From positions 51,182 through 115,181 of the IMG/VR virus record IMGVR_UViG_3300014043_000503: DNA of 64,000 nt; one strand, written 5' to 3'. Source of the DNA: a virus. Its lineage: Duplodnaviria; Caudoviricetes. Of this stretch, positions 48,766 through 59,295 are shown in pieces. Both the position numbers and the translations under genes were made by a program. Every line of letters starts with the position of its first letter. Position 1 is the first letter of the stretch. Below the pieces are notes generated by a model that saw only the letters and a list, made by a program, of their open reading frames with translations, was not told the DNA's origin and searched no databases.

Positions 48766-49249
48766 CGTGCTCTATGGCATTGGCGTGGAAAGCCTTGCTG
48801 ACGAGCGCATCGTGGATTATATATGCTACCATGTCTATAGGCTGAGGGAGGTCATGGTCAGCCAGAGGGCTGTCTTCAGCGCCTCCTGGTATTTCTCCGA
48901 CAATGCCATCCAGAAATACCACAATCAGTTTATGGGGAGCGGGAACAGCAAGATGATGTACTTCATAGACCGCTGGCTCATGGACAACAAGAAATCGAGG
49001 AGCAGCCTTACGCGCCTCCTGAAGATTGGCGGGCATTCCAAGAAAGCATTGCTGTACCTGCCGTCTGAGGATCCGGTGAAGCTGAGGATGCACAACAAGC
49101 CTGAAGGATATTCCATTTGCCAGATGGCCACTACGGGGTGGTGTCCGGTCTCCATGCCATGCACGCTCTGTAACTATAGCGCAAGGTGTCATGAGGATAC
49201 TAAGAAGAAATATCCGGAGCTTGTGAGGCTCAGGGAGAACATGAAATGA
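48635..49249 (+). CDS. Hypothetical protein with C-terminal Cys cluster
   Basis: 204 aa; CxxC..C motif; precedes the helicase. Confidence 0.55.
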   Translation: MEEKKKEKVRILIESLTRLNLPEWRFPMTPLNSALIEKGMAKVSVLYGIGVESLADERIVDYICYHVYRLREVMVSQRAVFSASWYFSDNAIQKYHNQFMGSGNSKMMYFIDRWLMDNKKSRSSLTRLLKIGGHSKKALLYLPSEDPVKLRMHNKPEGYSICQMATTGWCPVSMPCTLCNYSARCHEDTKKKYPELVRLRENMK

Positions 49250-49270
49250 GAACCATGAAGAGTAGGACTT

Positions 49271-50632
49271 ATGAAAAAGAATGATAACGTATTAACCGAG
49301 GAGTTTTTGGCCGAGCTGTACAATTCGGCTATCAGCAACAACCACGTATGTTCCTCCGTATGTCAGTATATGGAAGACGCTTTCCTTCCAGACAGGGAAT
49401 ATCAGACGCTTCACGATACCCTGAAGAAATTGTGGAAGGCTCATGGCGTTGCACCCAAGATGACGGTAATCAAGCAGGAGCTCAGCGTGTCAAAGGCCGT
49501 GACGGGTCTGCTTGAGGAAATCCAAGAGACGGCACAGGGGGCTGACCCTGAAATCATCATAGAGCAGTTTGAGGCTTTCCTGAAGGCCACAAGGTTTAAG
49601 AAGGCATACAAGGAAATCGGAAAGAAGTTTGACGAAGGCTACCGCATGGAGGCTATCAGGATGTTCTATACAGAAGCCGATTCGCTCAACAAGTTCACCC
49701 TGAAACGCGACGAGCTTATTGACGTGGGCAAGACATTCAATGACCGCCTGATCTCGAACAGGGAGGAGCGGGAAAACGTGGAATCGTCAGGCCACGTCGT
49801 CAACAGGTTCTACATAGACAGGCTCGACGAGATGAACAAGGGGCGCAACCTCAGGACACAGTTGACGGTATGCCTTGCCATGTCCGGTGTGGGAAAGTCA
49901 CATTATGCAAGGTGGGTGGGATATAATGCAGCCTATATTGACGGTCTCAACGTCCTGCATATCCAGCTTGAGGGAAGTGCCAAGGAGATCCTTGACGCTT
50001 ATTCAGCCTCACTTGCCGGAGTGTCAACCTACGAGTATGAGCGTGGCGAGATAAGCAAGGAGGCGATGGACGCGACATTGAAGACCATCATGGAATGTGC
50101 CGGCGCGTTGAAAGTGAAGGCCTATCCGAAGTTCGGTAACAAGGTATCGACGATGGACATAAAGGTGGAATGCGACAACTACAGGAAGAAGTTCGGATAT
50201 TTCCCGGATGTCATAGTCATAGACTCCCTTGACCTTCTACTGGATTCTTCAGGACGTAATTGGGGCGCGAAGGAGACGAGGTTCCAGCGAATTGCCGTTG
50301 CCGAGGATCTGAAAGACCTTGCCGGATATACCGATTCATGGGTGTTTGCTACCTATCAGGCTACCATTGAGAACCGTGATTGGGTGAATGATGAGAAGAA
50401 TGTGCTTGACGGATACAACTTGTCAGAGGCCAAGGGCATCCAGAGGCCATGCACGCACCTCATATCCCTCAACCAGTCGGCCAATGAGGAGAAGGAGGAG
50501 GTTCTGAGGATACACGTTGCAAAGGCGAGGTTCTTCAAGAAATCGCATGGCCGTACCTTCAAGATATGTACTAACTATGACAAGGAAATGTTTTATGACA
50601 GGGGCCGTTCATTGAACTTGCCTCCAGAATGA
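49271..50632 (+). CDS. Replicative DnaB-like helicase
   Basis: AMSGVGKS Walker A, QLE, VIVID, ATYQ, VAKAR. Confidence 0.85.
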   Translation: MKKNDNVLTEEFLAELYNSAISNNHVCSSVCQYMEDAFLPDREYQTLHDTLKKLWKAHGVAPKMTVIKQELSVSKAVTGLLEEIQETAQGADPEIIIEQFEAFLKATRFKKAYKEIGKKFDEGYRMEAIRMFYTEADSLNKFTLKRDELIDVGKTFNDRLISNREERENVESSGHVVNRFYIDRLDEMNKGRNLRTQLTVCLAMSGVGKSHYARWVGYNAAYIDGLNVLHIQLEGSAKEILDAYSASLAGVSTYEYERGEISKEAMDATLKTIMECAGALKVKAYPKFGNKVSTMDIKVECDNYRKKFGYFPDVIVIDSLDLLLDSSGRNWGAKETRFQRIAVAEDLKDLAGYTDSWVFATYQATIENRDWVNDEKNVLDGYNLSEAKGIQRPCTHLISLNQSANEEKEEVLRIHVAKARFFKKSHGRTFKICTNYDKEMFYDRGRSLNLPPE

Positions 50633-50916
50633 TTAAGGATATGAATAAGAATATATATTTTTTAGCGGCCATACTTGGCGGCAAGGTTGTGGATTTATAC
50701 ATCACTGATGATCGCATCATGGCCAGCAAGTTTAGGAGAGATCATAGCGAGTGTGACGAGATAGAGGAGTTTTCGCTTTAGCCTTGGTAAAAAATGCTAA
50801 AAATGGAAGGCCATCCTTGCCATTGTGGAGACTTACCCTTATATTTGCACCGCTAACTGATTCTGGTTATTTTCCCTTATATTTGATGAACGGCATCTTT
50901 CCGAACACGTAGGAAA

Positions 50917-51945
50917 ATGTACTTGACGGAAAGAGAAAGACAGCAGCTTGCAGACGAACTGCTGGTTGACCTTGGCGGCAGGCTTGACGGTTCCAAGAAG
51001 AACATACTCGTAAGGAACTGTCCCTTCTGCGGCCATGACGGAAACAAATACGGCATATACATAGGCCCTGACAAGTCGAACAAGACCTTCGGCATGTCCA
51101 ACTGCTTCCATTGCGGCAGGCGTTTCAGGACGTTGACTGAGACGCTGAAGGCATTGGGGCGTGACGATCTCATACCGAAGGAGACCGAAGAGCTTGCCGA
51201 CGAGGTTACGGAGCTCAATATCCTTGGTGACGAGGAGATTGACGATAGCCTTGTGGACATAGAGATGCCTGAGGGCTACAAGAGAACCTTCAGGAACCAA
51301 TACCTCAAGTCGAGGGGCTGGGGCGTGGATGAGTTCAACTACTTCCCGGCAGGCACGAACAGGGGCATGGACAGGAAGTTTGAGGACTATGTGCTGCTGG
51401 AGATACACGACGCTGGAAGGCTCGTGGGATATGTGGGCAGGCACACATGGAGCAAGGATGACATAGACGAATACAATTCAAGGCACCGCTTCAAGATCAG
51501 GCGCTACCAGAACTCTACCGAAAACGAGTTTTCCAAGCTGCTCTACAACTATGATTCAGTGAAGTATGCGAGGACTGACACCGTCATACTGTGCGAGGGG
51601 GCCTTTGACTGCGTCGGGCTTACCAAGGGGCTGAACCTCTATGAGAACGACAGGATCAAGGCCGTGGCCACATTCGGCAAGAAGATATCCATGTGCCAGA
51701 TGATGAAGCTCCAGGAGAAGCGTGTCAAGACCATCGTCATAGGGTATGACAACGACGATGCGGCCAAGGATGGCATGAGGAGCGTGACAGACCAGCTTGA
51801 GGAATACTTCGACGTGTTCTGCGTGACGTATCCGAAGGGCTGTGCAAAGGACTTCGGCGAGATGGATGCCGATGATATGTATGAGATATTCTGCAATAAC
51901 CTGAAGACTCCGAGGGAGTACTTTCTAACAGCCGAAGCCATATGA
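50917..51945 (+). CDS. DNA primase
   Basis: CPFC/CFHC Zn finger, YVGR, TOPRIM CEGAFD and YDND; TATATTTG at 50840 upstream. Confidence 0.85.
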   Translation: MYLTERERQQLADELLVDLGGRLDGSKKNILVRNCPFCGHDGNKYGIYIGPDKSNKTFGMSNCFHCGRRFRTLTETLKALGRDDLIPKETEELADEVTELNILGDEEIDDSLVDIEMPEGYKRTFRNQYLKSRGWGVDEFNYFPAGTNRGMDRKFEDYVLLEIHDAGRLVGYVGRHTWSKDDIDEYNSRHRFKIRRYQNSTENEFSKLLYNYDSVKYARTDTVILCEGAFDCVGLTKGLNLYENDRIKAVATFGKKISMCQMMKLQEKRVKTIVIGYDNDDAAKDGMRSVTDQLEEYFDVFCVTYPKGCAKDFGEMDADDMYEIFCNNLKTPREYFLTAEAI

Positions 51946-53654
51946 AGGAAGAGATTGCAAAATGGTTTGATGACCATCTTATTACCGGCTACACCTTCAG
52001 GACTGACACCGTCTATATCAAGGGGTTCGGAAAGGCATACCTGTTTGACGTTGACGAAATGGGCGGCGTGTTCAGGAAGAATAAGGATGGCAAGACTGAG
52101 CTGAACCTACCGGAAAGCCCGGACTGGCTTATCAACGACGAGATTTTCTACGTGTTCTTCCGCTTGGGTGATCGCTTCTACATGCAGGATTTGAGGAAGG
52201 ATAAGCTTGACTTCCAGATAATCCGCTGGATAGGGGAATCACCTGAGACGGAAGTTAAATGTGACTTCTATCCTCTCGGGATCCATACCGGCTATGAGTT
52301 GCTGAACGGCTCGGGACTTCTCTCGCAATGGGCTGCCAAGGCGAAGTGGTACGGCTTCAAGGGTCTTGGTGTGTGTGACAAGAATACGTTCGCATCATCG
52401 TTCGACCTGCAGACTGAGGCCACTTCAAAGGGTCTCGGGTATGTGTTCGGCTATTCCCTGACGTTCGAATATGGCGATGACAAGGTAGATGCCAAGATAT
52501 ATGTTTCCACCCAGCAAGGCTTCAGGAACCTGCTGAGAATACAGAAGGCCATAAACGTTGACCGTGAGGACGGGCTTATCTCATATATAGACCTTCTTAA
52601 ATATGCTGGTGGTAACTGTCTGGTGTTCAGTAAGTTTGCTGGCAAGTGGCTCGTTGACAACAAGGATAGCCTCACGGAAATCGTTGAAGCCTTTGAGGGC
52701 TTCGTCTATTACCAGGTTGACATGACCGAATACCGTGCCGACAGGATAGACTCTCAGGTTCTCCTTTCCATGAAGGCATACTTCGACACATACTACAGTG
52801 GCGTGGGAAGCTATCTGAACGATATCAGGCCCGTCCTTATAGAAGACTGCTTCTATGTGGATGCGGATGATTACAAGAACAAGGCGATACTCAACAAGGT
52901 GGATGGAGGAGCAGCCCACAATCAGTCCTACAGGCAGTTCATGAAGACGCTGGACGAGCTATATGATGAGTTTGACGCGCTCTTCTCGGAAAAGTATGGT
53001 GACGAGCTGTTCTATGAGATGTGCGACAATACCGTGGAGATTGCCGAGATGTCTGAATGCGGCTATGACCTTACCCAGAACTATATGCCTGAGTATATAA
53101 TGACCGATGAAGAAAAGAAACTGTATAAGGACAATCACGATATGTTCATCCAGCTTTGTGAGAAAGGTTTTAAGGAGAAAGTTCCAAATGGTCAGGAAGA
53201 GGTGTATCGTGAAAGAATGGAGTATGAGATATACATATTGGAAGAGACTGATAATGTTGACTACTGTCTCATTCAGTACGATACAGTTAATTGGGCTGAA
53301 AGGAATGGAATACTTGTTGGTGTTGGTCGTGGCTCAGCTGGCGGCTCACTTTGTCTGTTCTTGCTTGGGATAACAAAAATCGATCCGATTAAGTATGGAC
53401 TTATCTTTGAACGTTTCCTTATTCCTGAGCGTGCAGGATTGGAGCCTGATGATGTCACAAAGCTGATATGTGAGGGAATTGACTCTGACGATTATGTGGA
53501 GCTGAAGCTGGAGAACGGAAAGATTTATAGGTTTGACAGGGACTCTGTGTTTCGTGTCAGCCGTAACGGAGAGCTTATTACCGTATATGCAGACGAGCTG
53601 CTTGAAGATGATGACATTGTTTTTGATAATAAAGATTTGCTTTTTAATCTATGA
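51942..53654 (+). CDS. dnaE: DNA polymerase III alpha, N-terminal part (PHP domain to FERFL) plus intein-like tail
   Basis: IHTGYELLNG, GRGSAGGS, DPIKYGLIFERFLIPER. Confidence 0.9.
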   Translation: MKEEIAKWFDDHLITGYTFRTDTVYIKGFGKAYLFDVDEMGGVFRKNKDGKTELNLPESPDWLINDEIFYVFFRLGDRFYMQDLRKDKLDFQIIRWIGESPETEVKCDFYPLGIHTGYELLNGSGLLSQWAAKAKWYGFKGLGVCDKNTFASSFDLQTEATSKGLGYVFGYSLTFEYGDDKVDAKIYVSTQQGFRNLLRIQKAINVDREDGLISYIDLLKYAGGNCLVFSKFAGKWLVDNKDSLTEIVEAFEGFVYYQVDMTEYRADRIDSQVLLSMKAYFDTYYSGVGSYLNDIRPVLIEDCFYVDADDYKNKAILNKVDGGAAHNQSYRQFMKTLDELYDEFDALFSEKYGDELFYEMCDNTVEIAEMSECGYDLTQNYMPEYIMTDEEKKLYKDNHDMFIQLCEKGFKEKVPNGQEEVYRERMEYEIYILEETDNVDYCLIQYDTVNWAERNGILVGVGRGSAGGSLCLFLLGITKIDPIKYGLIFERFLIPERAGLEPDDVTKLICEGIDSDDYVELKLENGKIYRFDRDSVFRVSRNGELITVYADELLEDDDIVFDNKDLLFNL

Positions 53655-55786
53655 AAATAATAAGTATATCCCATAAAAAGAGCGGGCAGCCAGTCCATGT
53701 GCTTGACTGTGAGGTTGGCAGTGGCTATGTGAAGCGCCATCATGGATCGTTGGCTGATGTTGACATTGACTACAGCTCGGACAGGAGGGCGGAGGTAAAG
53801 GAATACCTTGAAAAAAGATATAACCATGACGATAAGCAGCGCGTGTTTTCTGCCGGAACGTTTACGACCCAGAGAATCAAGTCTGCTATAAAGGATATTG
53901 CAAGGACACACAAGGTTTCAGTTGGATCGACAAACTATTTCAACGGCATACTGGAAGATGACATGACGTTTACCGACGTTATGGCTCTTGCCTTTGAAAA
54001 TAAAAGGGTCAGGGATTATGTAATGAAGAATCCTGAAGTGTTTGAAGAAATCCCGCCTATATTCAATCAGCCGAGATCAGCAGGTGTCCATGCCTCAGCC
54101 GTAATCACTACACCGGACTGTGTAAAGGGTGAGGATGTTGAATGCTTTGACGTGATTCCTATTCGCAAGATGGATGGGATACTTGTTTCAGAGCTTTCAG
54201 GATATAACCTTGATGACCTTGGGTTTCTGAAGTCAGACTGCCTTTCCATTGCAGAGCTTGAACGCTTGTCCGCAATGATTGAGATATGCAACAGGGAATA
54301 TAAGGCTGGCATATCCATCGAGAGCATCATCAATGGAGATTTGAATGAGCCTCCTGTTTATCAGATGATCCGTGACGGCATTACGCAAGGTATATTCCAG
54401 CTTTCAGGTGAAGGTATTACCCGTTTTATCAAGAAGATGAAGCCAGACAATATAAACGACCTTATAGCTGCCGTTGCACTTTTCCGTCCGGGACCGCTTG
54501 AATCTGGGTCGGCACAGGCATATATAGACTGCAAGAACGGAATGGTTGAACCTGAATATTTATGGGGAACCTATGATATCGTGAAAGATACATGGGGACA
54601 GCTTATCTATCAGGAGCAGGTATCGAAAATCGCGCAGAAGATAGGTGGCCTTACGCTTTCAGACGGTGTTAATCTTGTGAAGGCATTGTCAAAGAAGAAG
54701 ATTGAGAAGGTACGCAAATTCAAGGACAAGTATTTTGAAGGGGCAAGGAAAAACAACTGCCCCAAAGAAGCCGCAGAGCGTATCTGGAGCATTGTAGAGG
54801 ATGGAGCGAGCTATCTTTTTAACCAGTCGCATAGTGTCGCTTATGGCCTTACGGGATATATAGGAGCGTGGATAAAGAAGCATTATCCCATTGCTTTCTA
54901 TACGGTCTTGTTGAAATGGGTTGACAGTGACAAGATACCTACGCTTATGAACGAGATGCGTGAACTTGGAACGGCAAAGATAGTGGAGCCAGACATAAAT
55001 ATTTCCGGAACTGATTTCGTGACAAACTATAAGACCGAGACGATATATTGGTCTCTCAGCCGTATCAAGTATCTCGGCCTCAAGGCTGTTCAGGCCATCG
55101 TCCGGGAGCATGAGATGTTCGGTGAGTTCCAGAGCCTTGAGGATTTCCTTATGAGAATGTTCAGGAGTGGGAATGCCGATACGCGCTCAGTCACTTCAAG
55201 GTCGGTCAAGCAGCTTATATATGCCGGTGCATTCGACGGCGTTGAGAATGCCCGTTCCCCGCTTGAGAGATACGGCATGCTCCAGAGGGCTTCAGCGTTC
55301 CTTGGATTTGAGATTCCAGAGGATGAGATTCCCGAGGAAAGGCGCTCAAAGCACTATTACTGGTCGAAGAAGCAGATTGAGGTGTCAGGAATGGGCTCCA
55401 TTGACTACAAGAGGATATATGATGGGCTGGAAGACAGGATTGCCTACATTCCATACAAGACCCTTGACGAGCTTATGAAGATAGACATGAACATGGGCAA
55501 CTGGAAGCCTATGCAGAAATTCGCCTTCTGTGCAACGGTCAGCGAGGTCAGCGAGAAGAGGTACGTTGACAGGGCGAGTGGCGAGAAGAAGCGGTTCGGC
55601 AAGGTCGTGCTGCTTCAGAATACCGACATGATGCAGCTTACCATCTGGAACGATGCGTGGCTGGAGATGAAGGACTGTTTCAAGGAAGGCTGGATAGTGG
55701 CCGGAAACGCAAGGGTGAAGTACAGCGACTATGACGGCTGCAACACCCTTCAGATAGACAAGAATTTCTGGTGTAAAGTGATATAG
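53651..55786 (+). CDS. dnaE: DNA polymerase III alpha, C-terminal part with intein-like head
   Basis: DVDIDY, GVHASA, LKSDCL, GIFQ, LFRPGP, IYQEQ, YLFNQSH, PDIN, C-terminal OB fold. Confidence 0.9.
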   Translation: MKIISISHKKSGQPVHVLDCEVGSGYVKRHHGSLADVDIDYSSDRRAEVKEYLEKRYNHDDKQRVFSAGTFTTQRIKSAIKDIARTHKVSVGSTNYFNGILEDDMTFTDVMALAFENKRVRDYVMKNPEVFEEIPPIFNQPRSAGVHASAVITTPDCVKGEDVECFDVIPIRKMDGILVSELSGYNLDDLGFLKSDCLSIAELERLSAMIEICNREYKAGISIESIINGDLNEPPVYQMIRDGITQGIFQLSGEGITRFIKKMKPDNINDLIAAVALFRPGPLESGSAQAYIDCKNGMVEPEYLWGTYDIVKDTWGQLIYQEQVSKIAQKIGGLTLSDGVNLVKALSKKKIEKVRKFKDKYFEGARKNNCPKEAAERIWSIVEDGASYLFNQSHSVAYGLTGYIGAWIKKHYPIAFYTVLLKWVDSDKIPTLMNEMRELGTAKIVEPDINISGTDFVTNYKTETIYWSLSRIKYLGLKAVQAIVREHEMFGEFQSLEDFLMRMFRSGNADTRSVTSRSVKQLIYAGAFDGVENARSPLERYGMLQRASAFLGFEIPEDEIPEERRSKHYYWSKKQIEVSGMGSIDYKRIYDGLEDRIAYIPYKTLDELMKIDMNMGNWKPMQKFAFCATVSEVSEKRYVDRASGEKKRFGKVVLLQNTDMMQLTIWNDAWLEMKDCFKEGWIVAGNARVKYSDYDGCNTLQIDKNFWCKVI

Positions 55787-55787
55787 T

Positions 55788-56702
55788 ATGCCGTTTGAGA
55801 AGGAAAAGATAGAATATGAGCTTCCGAAGGACGGCAAGACCGACATTGAAACGATCAATGCGAGGGAAGCCAGGAGGATCAGGAGGGCAAAGAAGAAGGT
55901 ATGGGCTGGAAAGTTCGTAAAGGAATACCTTGCAAATTACTTTTCCTACCGTGGCGGTGAGCTTCACAGAATATGCAACCGTGCGGTGTGGAACAAGAAT
56001 ACCTTTCTGGAAAAGGTGTCGAGGGCCAAGATAAAGGAAAACCTTGTCAAGTGTGCCAGTCATCACGAGAACGGGCGCGTCACCAAGAACATGCTCCTGA
56101 GGCTGCTGAAGGAGATAGAGGCCAACCGCCTCAAGATGTATGTCAGCGAGAAGAAGAGGAGGAAGATCATCTGCCTCCTCGGAAAGAGCGGGAGCGGGAA
56201 AACGCTGGCAGCCATGCACATGAAGCATAAGTTCGGTGTCAACGTCATCGTACCGTTTACCAACAGGCCGCCAAAGGAATATGAGATAGAGGGGCTTGAC
56301 TATCATTTCATCGACATCTGCCCTCCCCCGACGGATGTGCTGACAGTCGTGAAGAGGAAAGGCTACCTGAAATATGCGCTGGTGTCACAGGCCCATGAGG
56401 ACGTTTCCATCTATATGCCGGACACCAAGTCGTTTGAGATTCTTGCCAGCGACTATGCCGATGACTATGAGGTGTTTTCGGTTCTCATTAAGCGCAACAT
56501 CAACAAGAGAAGGCTGGTTCAGATGGATGATGAGCAGGAATTTGGCGACGATGGCCTGAATTATCGTCCGTTAACATATTATAACTATGTAATCGACAAC
56601 AACGGAACCAAAAGAGAACTATTTGATAATATAGAAAGGATTTTTAATGAAGTAAGTTATGGTAAAGGAAAAGAACGGCCCGGTGACGGCCATAGTGTTT
56701 GA
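55788..56702 (+). CDS. Guanylate-kinase-like protein with basic N-terminal extension
   Basis: GKSGSGKT, FTNRPPKEYEIEGLDYHF, YVIDNNG. Confidence 0.7.
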   Translation: MPFEKEKIEYELPKDGKTDIETINAREARRIRRAKKKVWAGKFVKEYLANYFSYRGGELHRICNRAVWNKNTFLEKVSRAKIKENLVKCASHHENGRVTKNMLLRLLKEIEANRLKMYVSEKKRRKIICLLGKSGSGKTLAAMHMKHKFGVNVIVPFTNRPPKEYEIEGLDYHFIDICPPPTDVLTVVKRKGYLKYALVSQAHEDVSIYMPDTKSFEILASDYADDYEVFSVLIKRNINKRRLVQMDDEQEFGDDGLNYRPLTYYNYVIDNNGTKRELFDNIERIFNEVSYGKGKERPGDGHSV

Positions 56703-57420
56703 TTTTGAGACTGGAGGTCTTGACAACAAGGCGTGCGGTGCGACCCAGCTTGCGGCTCATGCCGTCAGGATTGATACGTTTGAGGTTATAGGGAAGTTCA
56801 ATGAGTATATCTATCCCTACAACTATCAGGCTGAGATAGGAAAGTCGAAGAAGAGGCTGAAGAAGAAATACGAGGAGGAAGACGAGGAGCTTATGACGTA
56901 TTCCAAGGAAGCGGAGGCCGTTTCGGGAATCACGATGGAAAAGCTCTATGCGGACGGAAAGCCCATTGAGGAGGTATGCCAGGCGTTTGTTGACTTTGCA
57001 GCCGATGTTGCCAAGAACGTGACGGCAAAGGACAATCCCATACTCGTCGGCCAGAACCCGCTGTTCGACGTCGGCTTCCTCCAGCAGATCATGAGCTATA
57101 CGGGGCTTTGGAAGGAACTCTGCAAGCATCTGAGATGCGTGGAGGATTTCTTCGGAAACAAGCAGCCCTACTATGTGGACACGAGGATTCTTGCCCAGCT
57201 TGCGATGGCCAACGACGAGGACGTGAAGAGCCTTACGCTTGGTGAGATATCGGACAAGCTCGGCATTGACCTTGCCGATGCCCATGATGCGAACGGTGAC
57301 GTGACGGCTACGAGGGAAGTTCTCAGGATGTTTACGGAGAGGATGCGTAACAATGATGGTGAAGCCTCAAGCACCGTATTCACCAAAGAAGAGAAGCTGA
57401 GAGACCACTTTAAAATATAG
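56659..57420 (+). CDS. DEDDh 3'-5' exonuclease (DnaQ-like)
   Basis: DFETGG, QNPLFDVGFL, VDT, HDANGD. Confidence 0.88.
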   Translation: MVKEKNGPVTAIVFDFETGGLDNKACGATQLAAHAVRIDTFEVIGKFNEYIYPYNYQAEIGKSKKRLKKKYEEEDEELMTYSKEAEAVSGITMEKLYADGKPIEEVCQAFVDFAADVAKNVTAKDNPILVGQNPLFDVGFLQQIMSYTGLWKELCKHLRCVEDFFGNKQPYYVDTRILAQLAMANDEDVKSLTLGEISDKLGIDLADAHDANGDVTATREVLRMFTERMRNNDGEASSTVFTKEEKLRDHFKI

Positions 57421-57517
57421 ATGCTATGTACGACTTATCAATTCTATTGGGCGCAAGCCTTTGTACGGGAGTGTTGTTAATCCTTGTATATAACTTGCTG
57501 ACAGGCGACATGGAGGT

Positions 57518-57763
57518 ATGAAGGTAGCGATAATCATAATAGCGGTGCTGCTATTCTTAATCTGGATGGCGGCTATAGGGGTCACGGCCATGCTGAGAGA
57601 CCTTCAGGAAAGGGTCAGTGCGATGGAGAATTGCTTTCCCGCCATATCCCAGAGCATCAGCAACCTGTGTGATGCGATCGAGATCCTTGACAAGAGGACG
57701 AAAGTACTTGATGATGAACACCTTAACGATTTGATGAATGGCAAGGAAGACGATATGGAATAG
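57518..57763 (+). CDS. Small TM plus coiled-coil protein
   Basis: N-terminal hydrophobic helix. Confidence 0.5.
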   Translation: MKVAIIIIAVLLFLIWMAAIGVTAMLRDLQERVSAMENCFPAISQSISNLCDAIEILDKRTKVLDDEHLNDLMNGKEDDME

Positions 57764-58163
57764 TAGTAAGGGAACGTTTGAGACGGTGGAGGACAAGCCT
57801 GAGAAGCCCCTTGAAGACGGTCGCAGGGTGGTCTCTGCAAATGCCCCTGGCGTATTGTCGGACACGGGAGCCGTCAAGTTGGATCTCAGCAAGAAAAGGG
57901 AGCCTGAGCGGAGGATGATGCTCGTCAACTCTAAGCCGAAGGAAAACGACAAGGACGTGGTTTTCAAGACGAGCAGCCTCAGGACGATACAGTTCTCGGA
58001 CAAGAACACGGGAACCGTATTGGCCTACATATCCGGGTATGGGCTTGACATAAACTTCAACATGTCGGCCCTGAAGTCTGTTGAGAAGATTGAGGAATTG
58101 CTGGAGGGCATGAAGGCGGTGTTCAGGAATATCATAACCAACAAGGCGATTAATCCGGAATGA
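57738..58163 (+). CDS. Hypothetical protein
   Basis: 141-aa ORF, phage-like codon usage. Confidence 0.55.
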   Translation: MARKTIWNSSKGTFETVEDKPEKPLEDGRRVVSANAPGVLSDTGAVKLDLSKKREPERRMMLVNSKPKENDKDVVFKTSSLRTIQFSDKNTGTVLAYISGYGLDINFNMSALKSVEKIEELLEGMKAVFRNIITNKAINPE

Positions 58164-58217
58164 GATAATATCGGCCATTCTCTTTTCCTATTATATAAAA
58201 AACAAAGTAATAAGAGA

Positions 58218-58721
58218 ATGGCTGATAACAACAATATCGCGCTTACGGAACAGGAGGAGAAGTTCTGCCTCATGTTCGTCAATGGGCTTGCACCGTATTG
58301 CGGCAATGCAGGCCGGTGCTATCGTGCCGTGTTTGATCCTGACAAGACAAAGACGGATGAGGAGAGCACCTACAAGGCTATGATCCTCATGCGGAAGGAT
58401 AGTGTCAAGAAAAGAATCGAGGAGTTGAACGAGATGAATTCCATGACAGCGGCTGCCATCAGGCCGAGGGTGACATCTACGCTCCTGAAGATCATGGATG
58501 AGTGCTCATCTGACGTCTATGAGGATCAGTATGGAAACCTATTGTCACCGGCAGCCCTGAGGTCGGTAGCCGTCAATGCCGGAAAGGTTCTGAACGACAT
58601 GTACGGCATCAAGGAGGATATCGCACACAGGATCAAGATTGAGGGCGGTGACGGAGGCGGTATTACGTTTAACGTGGTCGTTCCTGACAAGAAAAAGGAT
58701 GACGAAATAGAAGAATTATAA
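58218..58721 (+). CDS. terS: Terminase small subunit
   Basis: LTEQEEKFC..GNAGRCY..VKKRIEEL pattern; late motif upstream. Confidence 0.65.
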   Translation: MADNNNIALTEQEEKFCLMFVNGLAPYCGNAGRCYRAVFDPDKTKTDEESTYKAMILMRKDSVKKRIEELNEMNSMTAAAIRPRVTSTLLKIMDECSSDVYEDQYGNLLSPAALRSVAVNAGKVLNDMYGIKEDIAHRIKIEGGDGGGITFNVVVPDKKKDDEIEEL

Positions 58722-59017
58722 TGAACAGCCTCCAGACTTTTATCGCCAACAACTTCAAGACCATCATGCTATGCGTCGGTTTTGTGGTAGGCTTGTACAT
58801 CCAGTTCCAGGCCAACACTGCAAAGATCAGTGAGCTGGAGAACGACATCAACAAGCTGAACGAGAGAATTAACGACCAGTATTCACGGCTTGACCAGATT
58901 AAGCTTGACAAAACCGTATTCGAAGCGAGCATGAAGCAGCTTTCTGCTATGTCTGAGGATATAAGGGAGATCAGGGCTGGCATGGACACATTCATTCGGG
59001 AGCAGGCAAAGAAATAA
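58721..59017 (+). CDS. Holin-like TM plus coiled-coil protein
   Basis: Single TM then coiled coil; upstream of the endolysin. Confidence 0.45.
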   Translation: MNSLQTFIANNFKTIMLCVGFVVGLYIQFQANTAKISELENDINKLNERINDQYSRLDQIKLDKTVFEASMKQLSAMSEDIREIRAGMDTFIREQAKK

Positions 59018-59295
59018 TGAGTGCAAAAACACAGAGTGCAGTCAAGCAGGGCGAGATCATCAGGATCGTAAAGTCCATCGCCCTTGCTGAATTGAGGCTT
59101 GTTCCGCTTGTCGGCCTGAGGGGTCTCGTAACCGAATGCCTCTATGACAGGAAGGAGCCTGGTGCAATGGTGAAGCTCCTTGACGGAAAGTACATGGGGG
59201 CTACGAACTGGTTCATCCCGCTTGCCTCGCTTCAGAACGAGCAGCTTGCGGAGAAACGTAAGAAGGAAGACTTGATAAACAACCTCAATATTTAA
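59017..59295 (+). CDS. Hypothetical protein
   Basis: Coupled on both sides by TAATG. Confidence 0.55.
   Translation: MSAKTQSAVKQGEIIRIVKSIALAELRLVPLVGLRGLVTECLYDRKEPGAMVKLLDGKYMGATNWFIPLASLQNEQLAEKRKKEDLINNLNI

Noticed and set aside
53640-53660. DnaE break as a sequencing frameshift or pseudogene
   Set aside because: Clean ATGA coupling, intact catalytic motifs, and intein-like inserts on both sides of the break.
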